The notes beneath the pieces were generated by a model that saw only the letters and a list, made by a program, of their open reading frames with translations, was not told the DNA's origin and did not search any database. Of a DNA stretch of 64,000 nucleotides, positions 38,613 through 52,800 are shown piece after piece (the first letter of the stretch is position 1; each line of letters begins with the position of its first letter). Both the position numbers and the translations under genes were made by a program. This DNA comes from Sphagnum compactum (taxonomy: Eukaryota): assembly GCA_965153455.1 (NCBI GenBank), contig OZ234494.1, forward strand, positions 7,502,001 through 7,566,000, read 5' to 3'.

Positions 38613-39558
38613 GTTTGGACATGTTAATATGAAAGCTATTTGCAAGGCCCAACTTCAACCATTAATTGATCCATAAATAATAGTAACAACTGCGTTCGTT
38701 CTTTACTGCACATTACCAATTCATTACATGTGAGAAGTAATGGTTGAAGTCCTTAACGTTATTGAGCTCTTTATAAATTAGAGTTCCATAAAAGATTTTC
38801 TTATTTTTGTCTGGGGAGTTTCTTTGGCTTTTTGTTTTGGTTTTTCTTGTTTCCCTTAGCCTATACAATGTCATATTTATTTTTATTTTTATTTTCCCTT
38901 ATACAATGACATGAATTTCTTCACTTATGCAAATTTTAACGTTTTACTCAAATACTTTTCACCTCCTTTGATTATTACCCTTTTCACATTTCACACGGTT
39001 CTACTCAACTGAAACGAGGGTACAAATCTGAAGTATTTACAAGCTGGATAGGGCTAATTAAAAGGGTAGCTCTTAAACAAAAATTCACGAATACAGCTTA
39101 CCCAAGTGCAGGTACCTCAAGGTAAAAGACTATTACCTGCCCAACACAGGTAGGTACTTGTGTCAGGAGAGAGCCAAAATAGGTACCTACTTACTAGGTA
39201 CCTACCGGACACACGATTTAAACCCCTAGCGTTCCCAGCATCTACCTACCCTGTGGTTCAAGGCGGCCGCCGTAAAGGCGCACATGCCGACAGGACGCGC
39301 GCGCCGCAAGTGCCGGCCCGCGGGGGTGGACAGAAAATCTTTTAAATTGTGAAACGACTGCCACCCATATCTTACAAGTCTCCTGCTCATTAATTACAAC
39401 TCCTCTCTCCTCTTGCCAACTACTTACAAACCCTAGAAACCCACCCACCAATTTTGAAGGATGACACCACTGACAACATTGGGTAATTGAGATCCAGATC
39501 TTTTTCTCCATTAACCCCGTCCCCTTATTCAAAGTTTAGAGTTCGTGGCCAATCTAAA

Positions 39559-40427
39559 GAGCATCTCCAGTAGTGCTCAGTATGTGACCCCACTGCAAAA
39601 GTTATTTTCTCACATCCAAGTTTAGTTACTCCATAGTACCTTCACCGCTTTGACACATGGTTGTCGAATAATAAATTAATAAATTTTGAGGATTTCATTT
39701 CAACAAATCATAGATTCCCCAATATTCTATCACAGTCCTTCAGAAAAAAATTATTTCTGAACTAAAAATATTTTTAATAAATTCAAAATATCCAAAAGTA
39801 ATGTAATTAGTGTCAAATTGGACCCGGTACCATGGTATTTAGTTTTTTCCAACCCTGCCCATCATAAAACTAAAAGTGGGACTGCAAATAGGTGGGAGCA
39901 GTGTTTGTTTTTTGTCTTGAAGTTTTGCACCGACCCAAAAAAAAAAGGTGTCCTACAACTTGTACAAAGGTTTTATTTTGGAAAAAATGGCCCCATAGTT
40001 GGGGTATTTAGAGAATTTTTCTCCTGAATTCGCCAAAGTTAGAAGACCATAGGTTCTAATAGGTCAAGAAACTTAAACAGAAATGGCATAATTTCTTTCT
40101 TTGCTCCCTTGGAATGTAGCCAAATTTGGTTAAGTCTTCTTGCTGATCAGTACAATGTCTACCTCAGAAAATTCAAAAAAAAATCTCGGGTGGGAGACTA
40201 ATCAAAATGGACAAATCGTTATGATTGACCAATCAGAAACAGGGAGCAGCAGTGAGATCACATTTATTGTACTCTTCTCTGGCGGGTGTTTGGCTTACTC
40301 AGCCTCAACAAGCTGTGCAAAAATGTTGGGCCAAAAATATTTTGCTGAGCCAAACTGGCATGTTTTGAGTTTTCTTCATCCAATTTTAATTTGCAGGGTT
40401 AAATACTGAGCACCCTTGGAGTTGCTC
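39559..40427. mobile_element. Tourist/PIF-Harbinger-type MITE, probably with internal insertions
   Basis: TIRs GAGCATCTCCAGTAGTGCTCAGTAT ... ATACTGAGCACCCTTGGAGTTGCTC, followed by TAA. Confidence 0.7.
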
Positions 40428-40430
40428 TAA

Positions 40431-40739
40431 GAGCATCTCCACCGGTGCTCAGTATGTCACTCTGGATAATAATTAAATGTCTAAGTTTAGCTGTGGGGAC
40501 TACTAGTAGCAAACCACCTGGACCAATATTGTGATCACATCAGATTACTGCAGTTAGGTCCAATTCATTACACTTGTTTTTGGAGGTGCACAACTCTGTT
40601 GCACCTTTTACCAACCACTGCAAGCTGCACGAATTTGGTGCAGAAAGACCAATTTCCTGAGCTAAACTTGCACATTTTGACTTTCTCACAATAAATTTTA
40701 CTGTCTGGAGTCACATACTGAGCACCGTTGGAGATGCTC
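40431..40739. mobile_element. Tourist/PIF-Harbinger-type MITE (309 bp)
   Basis: TIRs GAGCATCTCCACCGGTGCTCAGTATGT ... ACATACTGAGCACCGTTGGAGATGCTC; TAA on both sides. Confidence 0.85.
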
Positions 40740-42552
40740 TAAGGTGACCATACTTACAACTTACTTTCCAGATTAATTTTTTATTTGTGACTTGGATGGA
40801 TTTGAGGCCCAAACGCAAGGAAAAGAAAGAAGAAGAGAAGTGAGCTATGGGTCTGAAGGTCTTTTGTGCCCTAGAAATGGAGAGACAATGGAATGATGTA
40901 GTTCTCATTCAGTCTCACATTTTGAGGAATCTTCACCAGGTATATATTGCTTTGAAATTGGAGCTGCTCTGCTCTGTGTATTGCGTTGTAGGGGAGGTTC
41001 CTGTACAAGTGCGTTCACCAGAGGAAGGGCATCCCAGGTTGTTCCCAAACCTCAGGAGAATGCACAAGTACTGGAACTTCCCCTTTAAGTAAAAAAACTC
41101 TCTTTTTATTTGGTAACTTCTTTCCCATTTTGTAAAGAAAATAAATTTAATGAGAACATGGGAACATATAAAATTGGGGGAGCTCCCCCAGCAGAACGCA
41201 CTAGGATTCTTCCGCTGAGGGAGATCCCTCAAAATACAAGGAGAAATGAAAAAGGAGTTGTCTATGGAATGGTCAAGACCCTACCATCACCTTGGGTAAG
41301 GCAACAGGCCAGCCTCTTATGGGCCAACATAATGGGTAAAGGCAAAGACCAATCCCTAACATTGAGGTCTGGGGTGACAGATTCAACAAACTTTTAATTC
41401 ATGTTCAACAGAGAATTTGGTCACTATTAGGAGTATTTAGTAGGAATGTATGATCATCACCAGAAGATTATGTTACACAATGTGGTCAAGAAAATGACAA
41501 AATTTGCAACCCCCATCCTTAATGGAGCAAGATTTAAGCCTTTTAGTTGTTTTGACGTATTTTTTCTTATTCCTTTTTGGGTGGTACATGGCTAGGGTAA
41601 ACCAGCACCCATGTTGGTATCTTGACCTTTTTGAGAGAGACCTCTTACTGGCCAACTTAAGCCCAAAAAATGTTAAGATTTGAACTCAGAGAGCCTGATT
41701 TAGTCTTAGGATATAATTTATAGAATAATTTAAATGGGTTTTGGGATTTCTACCATTGTACTAACGTGGGTGCGCAAACTCTTCGGTATGTATTCTTACT
41801 GGGTATCCGGCTGGGTTAGGTCGGTATAGTCGCGGAAACAGCGGTCGTTTCCTCCTTTGTCAGTAGCTCTTCTGTCAGAGCTCCTGGGTTAGGTGTGTGT
41901 CGCTCGCCAGTCCTGCTCCTCTTCGCCGATGGCATCTTCTTCCTCGTCTTCAAAGTTCTCTTACGTGGCCTTGCAATCTTTCTATGTGCGAGCCAATTTT
42001 TGTCTCTGATTCTACAGCTTTCTTTGGATCTACATTTTGGTCATTGTGGTTCAGTGATCCTCGATTACTTCGCCGTGTCTCGACGCTCGTGTATTACCCG
42101 GATTTTGCGCTTTCGAGTGAGCGACCATATTTGGCCAGAGTGTAGCTGTTATCGCTGTCTTTTGTGAGAGTTTGCGCTTTTCAGTAGGGGGAAAACGGGT
42201 GCATCAGTAGCTTGTAATTTGCGGCCATCTTATAACTTTTCTCTTTTTTGCAGTGAAAGAACTGGTGTAAGAGAGTCTGAGAGAATGCACGTGAGAAGGA
42301 TCAGTGGTGCTGGTATTTATGGGTAGTTTTTTGCAGAAGAATTTTGAGCTTCCTCGAGTAAGTTAGTCATTTAAAAATCCTTCTCAGAACGATATCGTCT
42401 TTGTTTTCTTCAGCGCGAAAGGCTGGGACGCATCGCCTACGGGTGGTACAGGTAGCCTCTGCGATTAAGCCTTGGAATCAAGGCTATTGTCTGAATTCGG
42501 CTTCGTAGGTCAGCTCGTAAACGCTCACAAAGAAGAGGGCCGATTGTAAGTA

Positions 42553-43001
42553 ATGGAGGAACGTAAACACAGAGATAGATCTCTCAAAGGGCGTACAGCA
42601 TCGTCTCATGAAGACCTACTACGTTACCGTTTTGAGCTCCATGAGGATGTGCCTTGGAAATCAGTAGCTCTGGCCTTGTTCCTCCTAGTGTTTGGGTCGC
42701 TCTTCCTCGCCATATCGCATTTCATCTACACGGAGCATACGGGACGAGACTCGTCGCTGGCTTACGGACTTCTGGTTTTAGGGGTTCTTCTCTTTCTGCC
42801 TGGTAAGAGTTCCTTCCGTCAAGTCATGAAGTTAATGGCTGCTTTGTTAAATGTCTGCGCTGGAATTCTTCTGGAAATGCAGTGTTCACAGCTTTCCTCT
42901 TCGTGCATTCCTGACTCACAGGTTTCTACGAGACGAGAATAGCATACTATTCGTGGCGGGGATACAAAGGCTATTCTTATTCTCGCATTCCTGCATACTG
43001 A
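42553..43001 (+). CDS. TMEM230: Transmembrane protein 230-like (DUF872 family), 2 coding exons, about 109 aa
   Basis: Exons 42553-42802 (GTAAG donor) and 42922-43001 (CAG acceptor, TGA). Protein ...VPWKSVALALFLLVFGSL...[37 protein letters not shown] matches the family signature PWK.I.LA..L...PG.Y...IAY.AWRG..GYS...IP. GC-richer upstream region at about 41800-42550 fits promoter/5'UTR. Confidence 0.92.
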
Positions 43002-46000
43002 AGGGTTACCCACAACACAACAACAAAAAGCTTGGAATCCTAATGCAGCAGCCGGAGGCCATGGAATCACGTGATGCGCAATCTTCGTACCATGGGGAGT
43101 CACAACCAGCCAGCATAGCCAGAAGTAATGTGTCGACGACAATGCGGCGGGCGATTGGTGTAGCTTTTGTTGATTTCGGGCCATTTGCACCCAGACTAGC
43201 AAAGATCTGTAATACCAGAACATAAATCTGTATTGTTTTCCCGACTCCTGAGACGATAAACAGTTTTGATTTCATTGACGTATGGACCGACTGTCTGACT
43301 GACTCTTCAGAGACCTTGCTGATAACATGGTGAGGGTTGATATATAGCTTGAACTGTGAAGCTGTACTTGGTTATGAAGGAAATGTGAAAGGTCAATTTT
43401 GTTCGATTCAGAGAGGAGGCAGAGAGATTCCTTTGTAGATGGCTGTAAGTTTGTTCTATGTGATTTCTTCTGGAGAGCCAATTACATGCCCTATTACTAT
43501 CTTTAAAAGCTTAATCTATGAACTTTTTTTTTTCTTCCGCTTCGCTTGGGGAGAAACTCCAATATCAGTTAGCAGCCTCCCTCTTGTGACATCCGAGAGG
43601 AAATAATCGCTAGTATGTTTGAATTCTTGGAGAAGAAACTGTGCATTTTAAACATGTGTAGGATATTCCTTATCTCTTGTCCTACTTGAATAAAGGCAGC
43701 GCGTTCTGCTTTGAATTGGCAGAAGGAAATATACATGACATGAATGCAGCGCCATTATCCTTGGTTGAAGAAAGAAATACATGAGAATAAATTGGTGCAC
43801 ATTTCTCACAGCGAAGTAAAAGCCCATCATGTCTCTGCATTTTTTACGTGAACGCAGTGTCCTTAAACGTTGCAAGAAAAAAAAACGCGTGTGAACAAAT
43901 TGATGGAAAATTGTTACAAAGCTACTGACCATATTAATTAGGTAGTATTCGCTTGTTTGTCTAAAACGAATGTGGAAATTGTACTAAGCTATTACATCCA
44001 TTACTGTGAAAAATGGAATAATGTATATTGATAAAGATAATAGAGAACTCTAAGTAAACATTTTTGACAATCTGAACGGCAGCTGGATATAAATTTCCAG
44101 CCCAATTGCAACTCTTCAATGGAAAGAAAATATAGAAAGAAATAGCTCTCCCCTATCAGAGGCTTTCTGTAAGGGGAGCCAGCGTCAACGAAAAGAGAGA
44201 CCCCCTGAAATTCACTTTATTTTCACGGGTAATATCGAAAATGGAGCCACGTTTGTATAAACTAGGGTTTTGAGAACGGGGTGATTGTTGTAGGTTCATA
44301 AGTGGTAGCAAAATGGGGTTTGTAATTATTACTGTTTTCAAGAAGAAAATCTATATGAGTTGCCAGTACTTTGCTGCCAATATCTTTTTGGGTCTTGAAT
44401 TCGCTACTAACTGTGTTAAAGACAAAAGTTGTGGACTTTTGTTATTATTATTATTGTATTGCTGCAAAGACATACAGGTCACGTTGTTTCAATAATACTA
44501 CAAATTAGACGGAGATTTCATGGCTTGACGATAGAGGTTAGGTTTTTTCCAGTAGGAGGGGGTTGGCTGCTGGACGGACCTACATGGACCCGACACACGA
44601 GGGACGAGGGAGAGAGATGAAAACAAAATCTGAAGAAAGGATTTTGCTGCACTATCCCTGGCGTGGTTCGTTTGGGTAGAGGTTTGACCCTGACCCTCCT
44701 CTTCCTCGTCGGCCAACTGCCCAATCGACAGCCCACCCAAGACACGAGTTTAAGCGGAGAATTTTAAAAACAAAATCCGGCTTCCTCTTTACTACTACTC
44801 TTGTGACGGCTGCTGCTGCTGTGCTGCCGCCTGTCTCTTTGTCTGACAAAAACAGATCCAGATCTTTCGAAATCAATCGTAGAAGGCGCTTCTGTCCGTC
44901 CTTTTTTTTTTTTCGCAACTTAAAAGCTCTTTCGTGGCAATCAGATTCTCGGCACAAGAGGTATACATAAAATCGTCCTTACTGTCTACCGGAAATCTTG
45001 ACGTTGCGGAGGAGGATATCGTCCTTGATGATTTGGAAAATCTTTGATGATGCCACGAAACCGGGTCTCAGTAAGTAAGTAGCTCGTTTCGTCTTAGTCC
45101 TTTTTCCTTTACTCTATCCGACAAGATTTGTATCGTATTTGGAGGAATGCTTATCAATCACAAGAACCCATGAGGCCCATGTTTTGTTTCTCGAAATGCC
45201 TCATATCATATTTTTCATTTGATACACATGAATTGTTTTTTAATTTTAAATCATTGAGGAGAAGGCCTTGAGTGCCTTCCAGAAATACTGGCTGGTGAGG
45301 CCATGTTGCCTTGTCCTCATTTGAAATCTCAAATGAGATTTAAAGACCTGAATTGGTGAGGGTTGTGGGGAAAAAAAAAAGATTTGCCATAATCCTGTCT
45401 ATAAATAGGAATTACACATTTTGACTGTTATTTCACCAAAGGAAATTTTTTTTAAAAATCAGACTACCAAATTCAGTAACCCCATTAATTTAAAAATGCC
45501 GCCCTATTCTTATTTGAGATCTCAAATGAGATCTTTAAAACAAAGTGCATCAGTATTTTACTGGAAACCTATCTAAAAATAATAATTACACATTTTGATA
45601 GTTACTTCACTCAAGATTTTCTTTTTAAAAAATCAACCAAATCCAATTATCTCATTGGGTTGAAAAAATAAATCTTTAGGCCTACATGTAACCCTATTCT
45701 ATTGAGCATTGAAAAAAAATGATATCTTTTTATCAATTCCATTGATCTTTCAAAAAAATTCATGAACCTATTAAACCCTGTAAAATAAAGTTAATGAAAA
45801 TATGTATAGACCTCTATGGTATGTTGGAGTTTTCATCATTGGCAGTTTTTAGGGATAAGTGTGTTTAGGGTTTCGGAAGGGGGATTCGAGAACAACAATA
45901 GTAATGAGATGGTGACAAAAGGAGTTGTTGTTACAACAAATATAGCACGTACAATTAAAGCCTTTCCCATTGGTGTGGGAAAGACAGTGAAATTGTAATA

Positions 46001-49000
46001 TGAGGCAACCATTAATCTATCTTTACTTGCAGCATTTGTGACTTTTGTTGCATTCTTGTCCCATCCAACCATACGCAAGGAATAAAATCAAGCTTGCATT
46101 TTCCTAATGGATTTCTTGAACATAATGTACATTGTTTCTTGTTAAAGGTAGAACATCAATGAACTTTTACAATGGCCAATGATTAATTAAGGATTTTGGA
46201 AAGCCAGGGCCAAGCATAAGGTTTGAATATGGTTTGCATTTTTCTATTATTAAGGTTTATTGTAACTTTGGGTATTAATGATGACTATGATGTGTAAATG
46301 TTCAAGATGTTTACGAAGTAAAAAAGGAAAAAGTGTTATTGGGAAAAAGACTAGTGCTCACTGCATTGGACTTTGACATTAACATTCATCATCCCTACAA
46401 GCCATTGATGGTAGCCATTAGGAAGTTTTAGGTGGCTACAAATACACTTGCGCAAGTTGCATGGATCTTCAGGCAAAAGAAGAATTATAAAAAATCAAAT
46501 GTTTCACCATGCAAAAATATAATCTCCAAAAAAATTCTCTAAAAAAACCAAAATCCTTCAAGGTGTTATAACTCTATAACTAATCTCAAGTTTCAACACA
46601 AGTCAAAATATCGTCTTTCAAAAATCCTCATATAAAAATAGACCTATTACCTGAGGGCCAAAATCCCTTAAGCTACTATACTCTACAATAAATCTAAACA
46701 CAACATCCTTGCCAACAAAAACATATAAACGACCAGACGTAATAATTAGCCTGGTGAGATTTCCTAAAGACAAAAATAAAAAAAATTTTAAATCTTTAGG
46801 AGTGATCTTGCACTCGCTGGGCGAAAAATTTGGATTACAATGGATAGATCTGACATGCCAAAGACGAAGCCGTGCACTGTCGGTTCATTTGTGGAATTCC
46901 TGAAAGCTCATTACGCGCCAGGAGTACAGCAAGCAAGCAACAGGGTTACTGAGGAGTAGCAGAGGAGTTGCTGCTGTTGCAGTGCACAACTTCCAACAAA
47001 AAGTCGGTGTGGGGTTTAGGGTTTGTGTCATCAACCTAACGTTTTAGTTACATGGTTGCATGTGGTTCTTTTAACTCTGGTCAAAACCTGTGGTTTAGGG
47101 TCAAAACCTTATGGTAATTGTGAGTGGTGATTTTGAAAACTTCTTGTTGTTTTTATTTCAGTTATTTATTTAGGTTTTTCAAAAAAAAATTGATGTACCA
47201 TCAAATTGGTGAGCATCCCAATAAGATTTAGTATCAGTTGAAAACAAGACAATGTTAAACCTGTGATCCAAACTTCAGAATCCTGGCAACAAATTGCCGC
47301 AGGTTTTTTTTTAAATCAGTGGAAATGAGGGGAATTTTCTCCCAAGAATATTTTTTCCCAGATTTGACGATTTTTCCTTGCCACAGATAATATTCTTTTC
47401 TCTTTTTATTTTTTGTTGCCAAGTTGTGAAACTTTGCCAGCAAAAAAAAAATTTGATTGTGAGCAATATTTTTGGGAACTTCTTGTTGTTTTACCTCTGT
47501 TATTTAGGGTAATTGTGAGGGTTAGTTTTGAAAGCCTGTTGTTTTGCCTCTATTGGTTAGGATAGTCGTGAGTGGTACTTTTGGTTCATTATGAAGGCTG
47601 GTCTGGGGGTCCTTGGGTGAACCGGCAACTACACTGGTAATATAGTAAAAATGCCTTTTCTTTTCGGGCAGCTTCTAAACATTATAGATAGGTGCCCATT
47701 AAAAACAATCAGGGTCTTTGAGTCCAAATTTAACATTTCCCACAAATATAAACCCTAAGAGGTCTCACTCAAGAAAGTGAAGGTACAACTGTAGGGGGCT
47801 GGTTCACCCTGGCTGGTCAGGGGGCCAGTTTGGAAGGCCACTGGCGTGTACTTTTGTTTACTGGTGTCAAATAGTATTGACAGAAGGAATTTCTTTACCT
47901 ATTCTGGTTATAAGTTATAAGCCCATTATACCCCAGGGCCTAGGCCTTAAATAAGCAAGGGATCCTTATCGCAAACAGTACAAAAGTAATGTGTGCTTCC
48001 TTTTTCCCTGACTGCCCATTATAGACTTTAGGCTAACAGAACCCAAAGTCTATAATGGACATCATCCATTTTTATTTAAGGTCTTGGGCTCCTAAGTGTG
48101 GATCACCCTGGTGCAAGTGCAAATTGGTATGCTGGGTTTGCTGGCTGGCTTGTCATGAAGCTTAGAAGCTTCAGGTATATTGTGGGGGGTATGTTAGAGA
48201 CTTTTAGGATCAGCAATGGGTATAAACTAAATGTGTGGAAATCCACACTCAAAATGTCGTGTTGAATTGGAAAACTATCAAAAGGACCTTTGGGTGTTCC
48301 AAGTACCTTATTGCTTCACCCCAGTTTCCCTATTGCCACAGATTGTTGTACCCTATTCTTGCAGTTGTGTGGTTCTTTACTTTTATAAAGAACCTTTGGT
48401 TTAAAAAATAAATTAGAACAGTTCACAGTTCCATGCATAAATGGAACTGAGAGTAAGGTTTTGGGTCCAGTTCTTCAATAAAAAATAAAATCGAATTCTC
48501 ATTCTAATTTTGGTTATGAAAATTAGACCCAATTGCAGGTAACCCAGATCTGAAGCAACAGTTAACTGCAAGTTAACCTCATGTTAACCGCTGATTCTAT
48601 TTTTTTTCTCCCAAAAGTCTCAGTTCCTCTTAAAATAAATTCTGATTCCCAAAATCAGAGCTGACAATTCTAACACACAAAATCAGGTAAGCACTAATGT
48701 GGGGCGGGTATTTGTTTTTTTTTTTAATAATCAAGTTTGGGTATTTGAAAATAAAAAATTCAAAGAACCGTGTTAAGGAATAGAAATTTTTTAACTAGTT
48801 AGTATCATAGGCCTCGTAATAATTAATAATTACTAATAGTAGATTTATTGTCCTTTATCGAAGGAGTGAAGCTAATGTGATTAAATAATTCATGTTAGTA
48901 AAAGGTTGAGGGTAATCTACCCAATCATATAGAAGATTTTTAGGAAGAGATTAGGATAAGGGTTCTATTTTCAAAGGGTCAATATGGACCTTGTGTGATT

Positions 49001-49889
49001 TTGTGAAGAAGAAGAATTAAAAAACTTTGAGATCATCTATGGTATTCGAGAGAAAATGTTAGTGCATGAGTGGAGTTGTGAACAATGAGCATTGAACCAA
49101 ATATCCCAAATCAAAAGTAATAATTCAAGGTTGTACAAGGATGAATGATGGATGAAACATTAATGAAAAATATCTTGGGTTTCTTCTTTCCATTTTGGTC
49201 CTCTTTAGACAGTTTTTTTAATGCTAAAACATGATGTTCCTGATAGATAGAACATTAAAAAAAATTTTAAAAAGGTACGCAAACAAAATACATGTTAAAA
49301 ATCCAAAACATTCAATTGTCAACAAAGTTGAAATCAAGAATATGGACATAGGAAAGCAAAGGATGAAGTTTATGTTTTCAAGAAAATGAAATGATATCAT
49401 CAAACACCACCTAGTGGATGAACCATCACTATCTACTTATGCCTATTGGTCCTCTTCCATATGGATTCCATCACATGATTCAAATGCCTCTAAATTCAAA
49501 AATACCTTAACAACATGCAAAAATCTCTTTTCTTTTCTAAAAGATATGGTATTGATAGGAGTCATTTGAAAATCCAGCTCAATTGATTGCATAGCCTCCT
49601 TCTCAACCCATGGTGGGAGGTATGGAGAAGGTGGCAGGCTCCTTGGTATGTTATCAATGATGGATTTCAACCTTGGGCTACATCATGTCCAACAAAGAAC
49701 ATTTCAAAAATCATAAAAAGATTAAAAAGAATGGAAGAATATTACAAATGCAATATTGAATAAAATGTAGAGGCTTCCACTTATATATTATATGACATTG
49801 ATGGAAGTTGGAACTTGCAAATTTTTACAAGAGGTGGATCATCATTGTCATCATCTCCATCACCAAGCTCATGCACTTCTACATGCATG

Positions 49890-52800
49890 GGTTGCTTGGA
49901 CTTTTGTAATGTAGATAGATGTTGTTGCCAATTCCACATCACCTTCGAAACCAAAAACATGTCACACAAACTCCATAGCAACAAGGAGAGTAGAACTTAA
50001 AAAGAAAAACAAGAAAAAAAAATCAAATTTGAAAAGATAAAATGATATCCTACATGTATGTGGTTATGAAGTAAGGTCAAGAGTCATACCCGTGCCCACA
50101 ATAAGGTCAAGAACACATGAGTTAGGTGGTGAACAAGTCTTTAAAATGACTTGCATGATAGTGGGATTATGATCTTGTTCTCGTCGCCATGCTTGAGATG
50201 AGGATTGCTTTGGAAGCATATCCTTGAGGTTATTGTAGAGCACATCAATTTCATATGGGTCTACAAGCAAATCAATTTACTTGTTTATATCAAAAAACTT
50301 GAACTTTGATGCTTGCTTGGCATAGACAAAAACATTGAACACTAAGCTTTACAAAAGTCAAGTAACATATTAGATTTGAATATCACTTGAACAAAAAGAA
50401 GCAAAATGAAAACATGTTATGATCACTTGAAGGCTAAAAATTCATCACTTTTCCAGTTTTGGTGTGCAATGAAATGGAATTAATGCAACAATATTTATTT
50501 TTCAATTCAAACCCAGAATTTCCTTTGGCACAAGCTCATTTGCCCCACAAAATTTGCATCTCCTCCTTGAATGAAGATTATGCATCCATTGTCTTCAAGG
50601 AAGAAATCAGCAAGGCCAAATGTGTAATTCCAATATTCAAGCTTGAAAACATTCCACTCTGGAATGTTTTGGGCATCTAGGCAACCAATAACATGGTTGC
50701 CATCTAGGCAATCAACACATATCATGTTGACTGCATGGCTTTGCCTCTTCCCATTGATAAGATTTGAATGCCCATTAGAGACTTGCACATTGAAAAACTT
50801 ACATTAACATAATATTTAACAAGGAATGGCAATAAGGAATATTGTGAGCATAAAGACCATATTGAGATTACCTTGGTAAAAAAAGAACATAGTTATTTTA
50901 GAGGTGGTGAAAGAATGCATTTCTCCCAATTTGTATCATCAAGCATCTTGATGAAATGGACAAGGATAACCTTCACATCAAAGGTGGATCTTCTATCATG
51001 GGATAGAAGTGGGAGAACACCATATGGGTGATCTTATGCTTGCATGCCAACATGAGGTATGGGTGGTGGTTGGCCCATATGTGGAAGGTGGATTGGTGAA
51101 GGTGGAACAAAAATAATTAGATATTCCAAAGGCTTCAAAGTTGCCTTGTTTGCTACTTTGTTTCTTTTCTTCCCACCTTTGGCCTTAGCCTTTGTAGCTT
51201 GAAAAACCATAGCAACTTGTTCATTTACAATGTGGGTTGCTTATTTGAATCACGAAGTTCAGCAATGGGTAAATCAATTGGAATATCGGTAGGCAATTGC
51301 AATGCAAGGGCTTAGCAAGCTCGATACAATTCCAATTCAAAATGAAGAATAACTCTTGTGGGAAGGTCCATATACCAACCTCCTCCATCCAAATGGGCAT
51401 GAAAATAATTTGAGATTATGGAAAAGGTGTACATCGAAGCATTGGAAGAAAATTTCCATGCCATAAAGAAAGGGGGAACTTTCTTCACACGACTTTGAGA
51501 CATGAGAACAAATTTGATGTATTTGCAAGAGGAAAAAAAAGGAAAAAACCACTTAGTGTACAAAAAATGTTTTATATTTTACATGTTAATGGAAATAATG
51601 AATAATTGAAACAAAGTACACTAACCTAAAGATGACTCATTTTGTGGCTTTTGTGCGTCCTAGCTAATCATCCCACTCATTACCATGATAAGGAAGTTTT
51701 CTTGTCATTGATTTCTTGGAAGAGTGCATTTTGAAAATGGGAAAATCTTCATTTGTCAGTGTATTCACCCATGCTCTCTGGTGCTCCATCTTTTATAGCA
51801 ATGTGATGGTCATCATGAACTTCATGATAGAGACAAAGTTGGTCAATACAAGATCTTCGAAGTTGCACAATCAATAAACAATTTCCTAAGTTGGAAAGTT
51901 CAAGAAACCAACAATGAAAATGAAAAAGCTATGGTTTTCTGAAATCAAACAAAATACCTGATTTCACCAAGTTCGTTTGTTGCACCAAAGGTCCAAAGCA
52001 TCGTTGCCTTTAAGTGGTCCAATGGGAAATGATTTTCTTCTTTCATGTTTTTGTTACCATTCCATATTTTCAACCATTGGCACTTCTCCTTGGCATCGGC
52101 TTTCAAAATGGCAACATTGTACAACTGACCTTTTGTCATTTTTGGATCAACATTCTTTGAATAATGGATTTTGATTTGTTGAAGGAATTCAGGACCCAAT
52201 TTAAAATCAACAATAGGTAGGAGTTTCACAAGTTTGTGTTGCAAAAATTTCTAGTTTTTGTAGCAACATCAGCCATTGATTGTTCTAACCCAATCGCACT
52301 AAAATTATCCAAGTTTTCAAATTTGTACAATTTTGCAACATCATGTTTGGCCGCCATAATTTCACGCTACATGTGAAATGATCAATTGACAACAACATAA
52401 TTATTGTGAATTGAAAGGCGAAAAAAATTTATGTATGAAAATTTTATACCTTGAATAATATTTCAACAAAGGCTGGTTGTGTCAAAAAGTACCAAGTCTG
52501 ACCTTCCTATTTGTTCATTGAATCTGCATATTGCTTATCCGACAACATGTCCTTGGATTCCATAATATCTGTCATCCTTTTCATGTTGACCTTAAAGATT
52601 GTATGAACAAACTTTTGGGTGACATGAGTTTTTCCATTGGACTTAAAAATTGAAAACAAAATATAAGATATTAAGAAGAACATGGAAAAATAACTAATGA
52701 TACAAAATTATGAAATAAAATAAATGAAGGTAAGAGATCAATTACATATTGACACTATCCATAAATGTCTTGAGGCACCCTCTATTCCTGGTCTAACATT

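Noticed and set aside
30330-47100. Scattered TTTAGGG/AAACCCTA motifs
   Set aside because: Isolated single copies, mostly within TEs; no interstitial telomeric array.
48771-49137. Possible solo LTR (TGTTAAGG...TGTACA); a similar start occurs at about 60018
   Set aside because: No matching TSD found and the boundaries cannot be supported.
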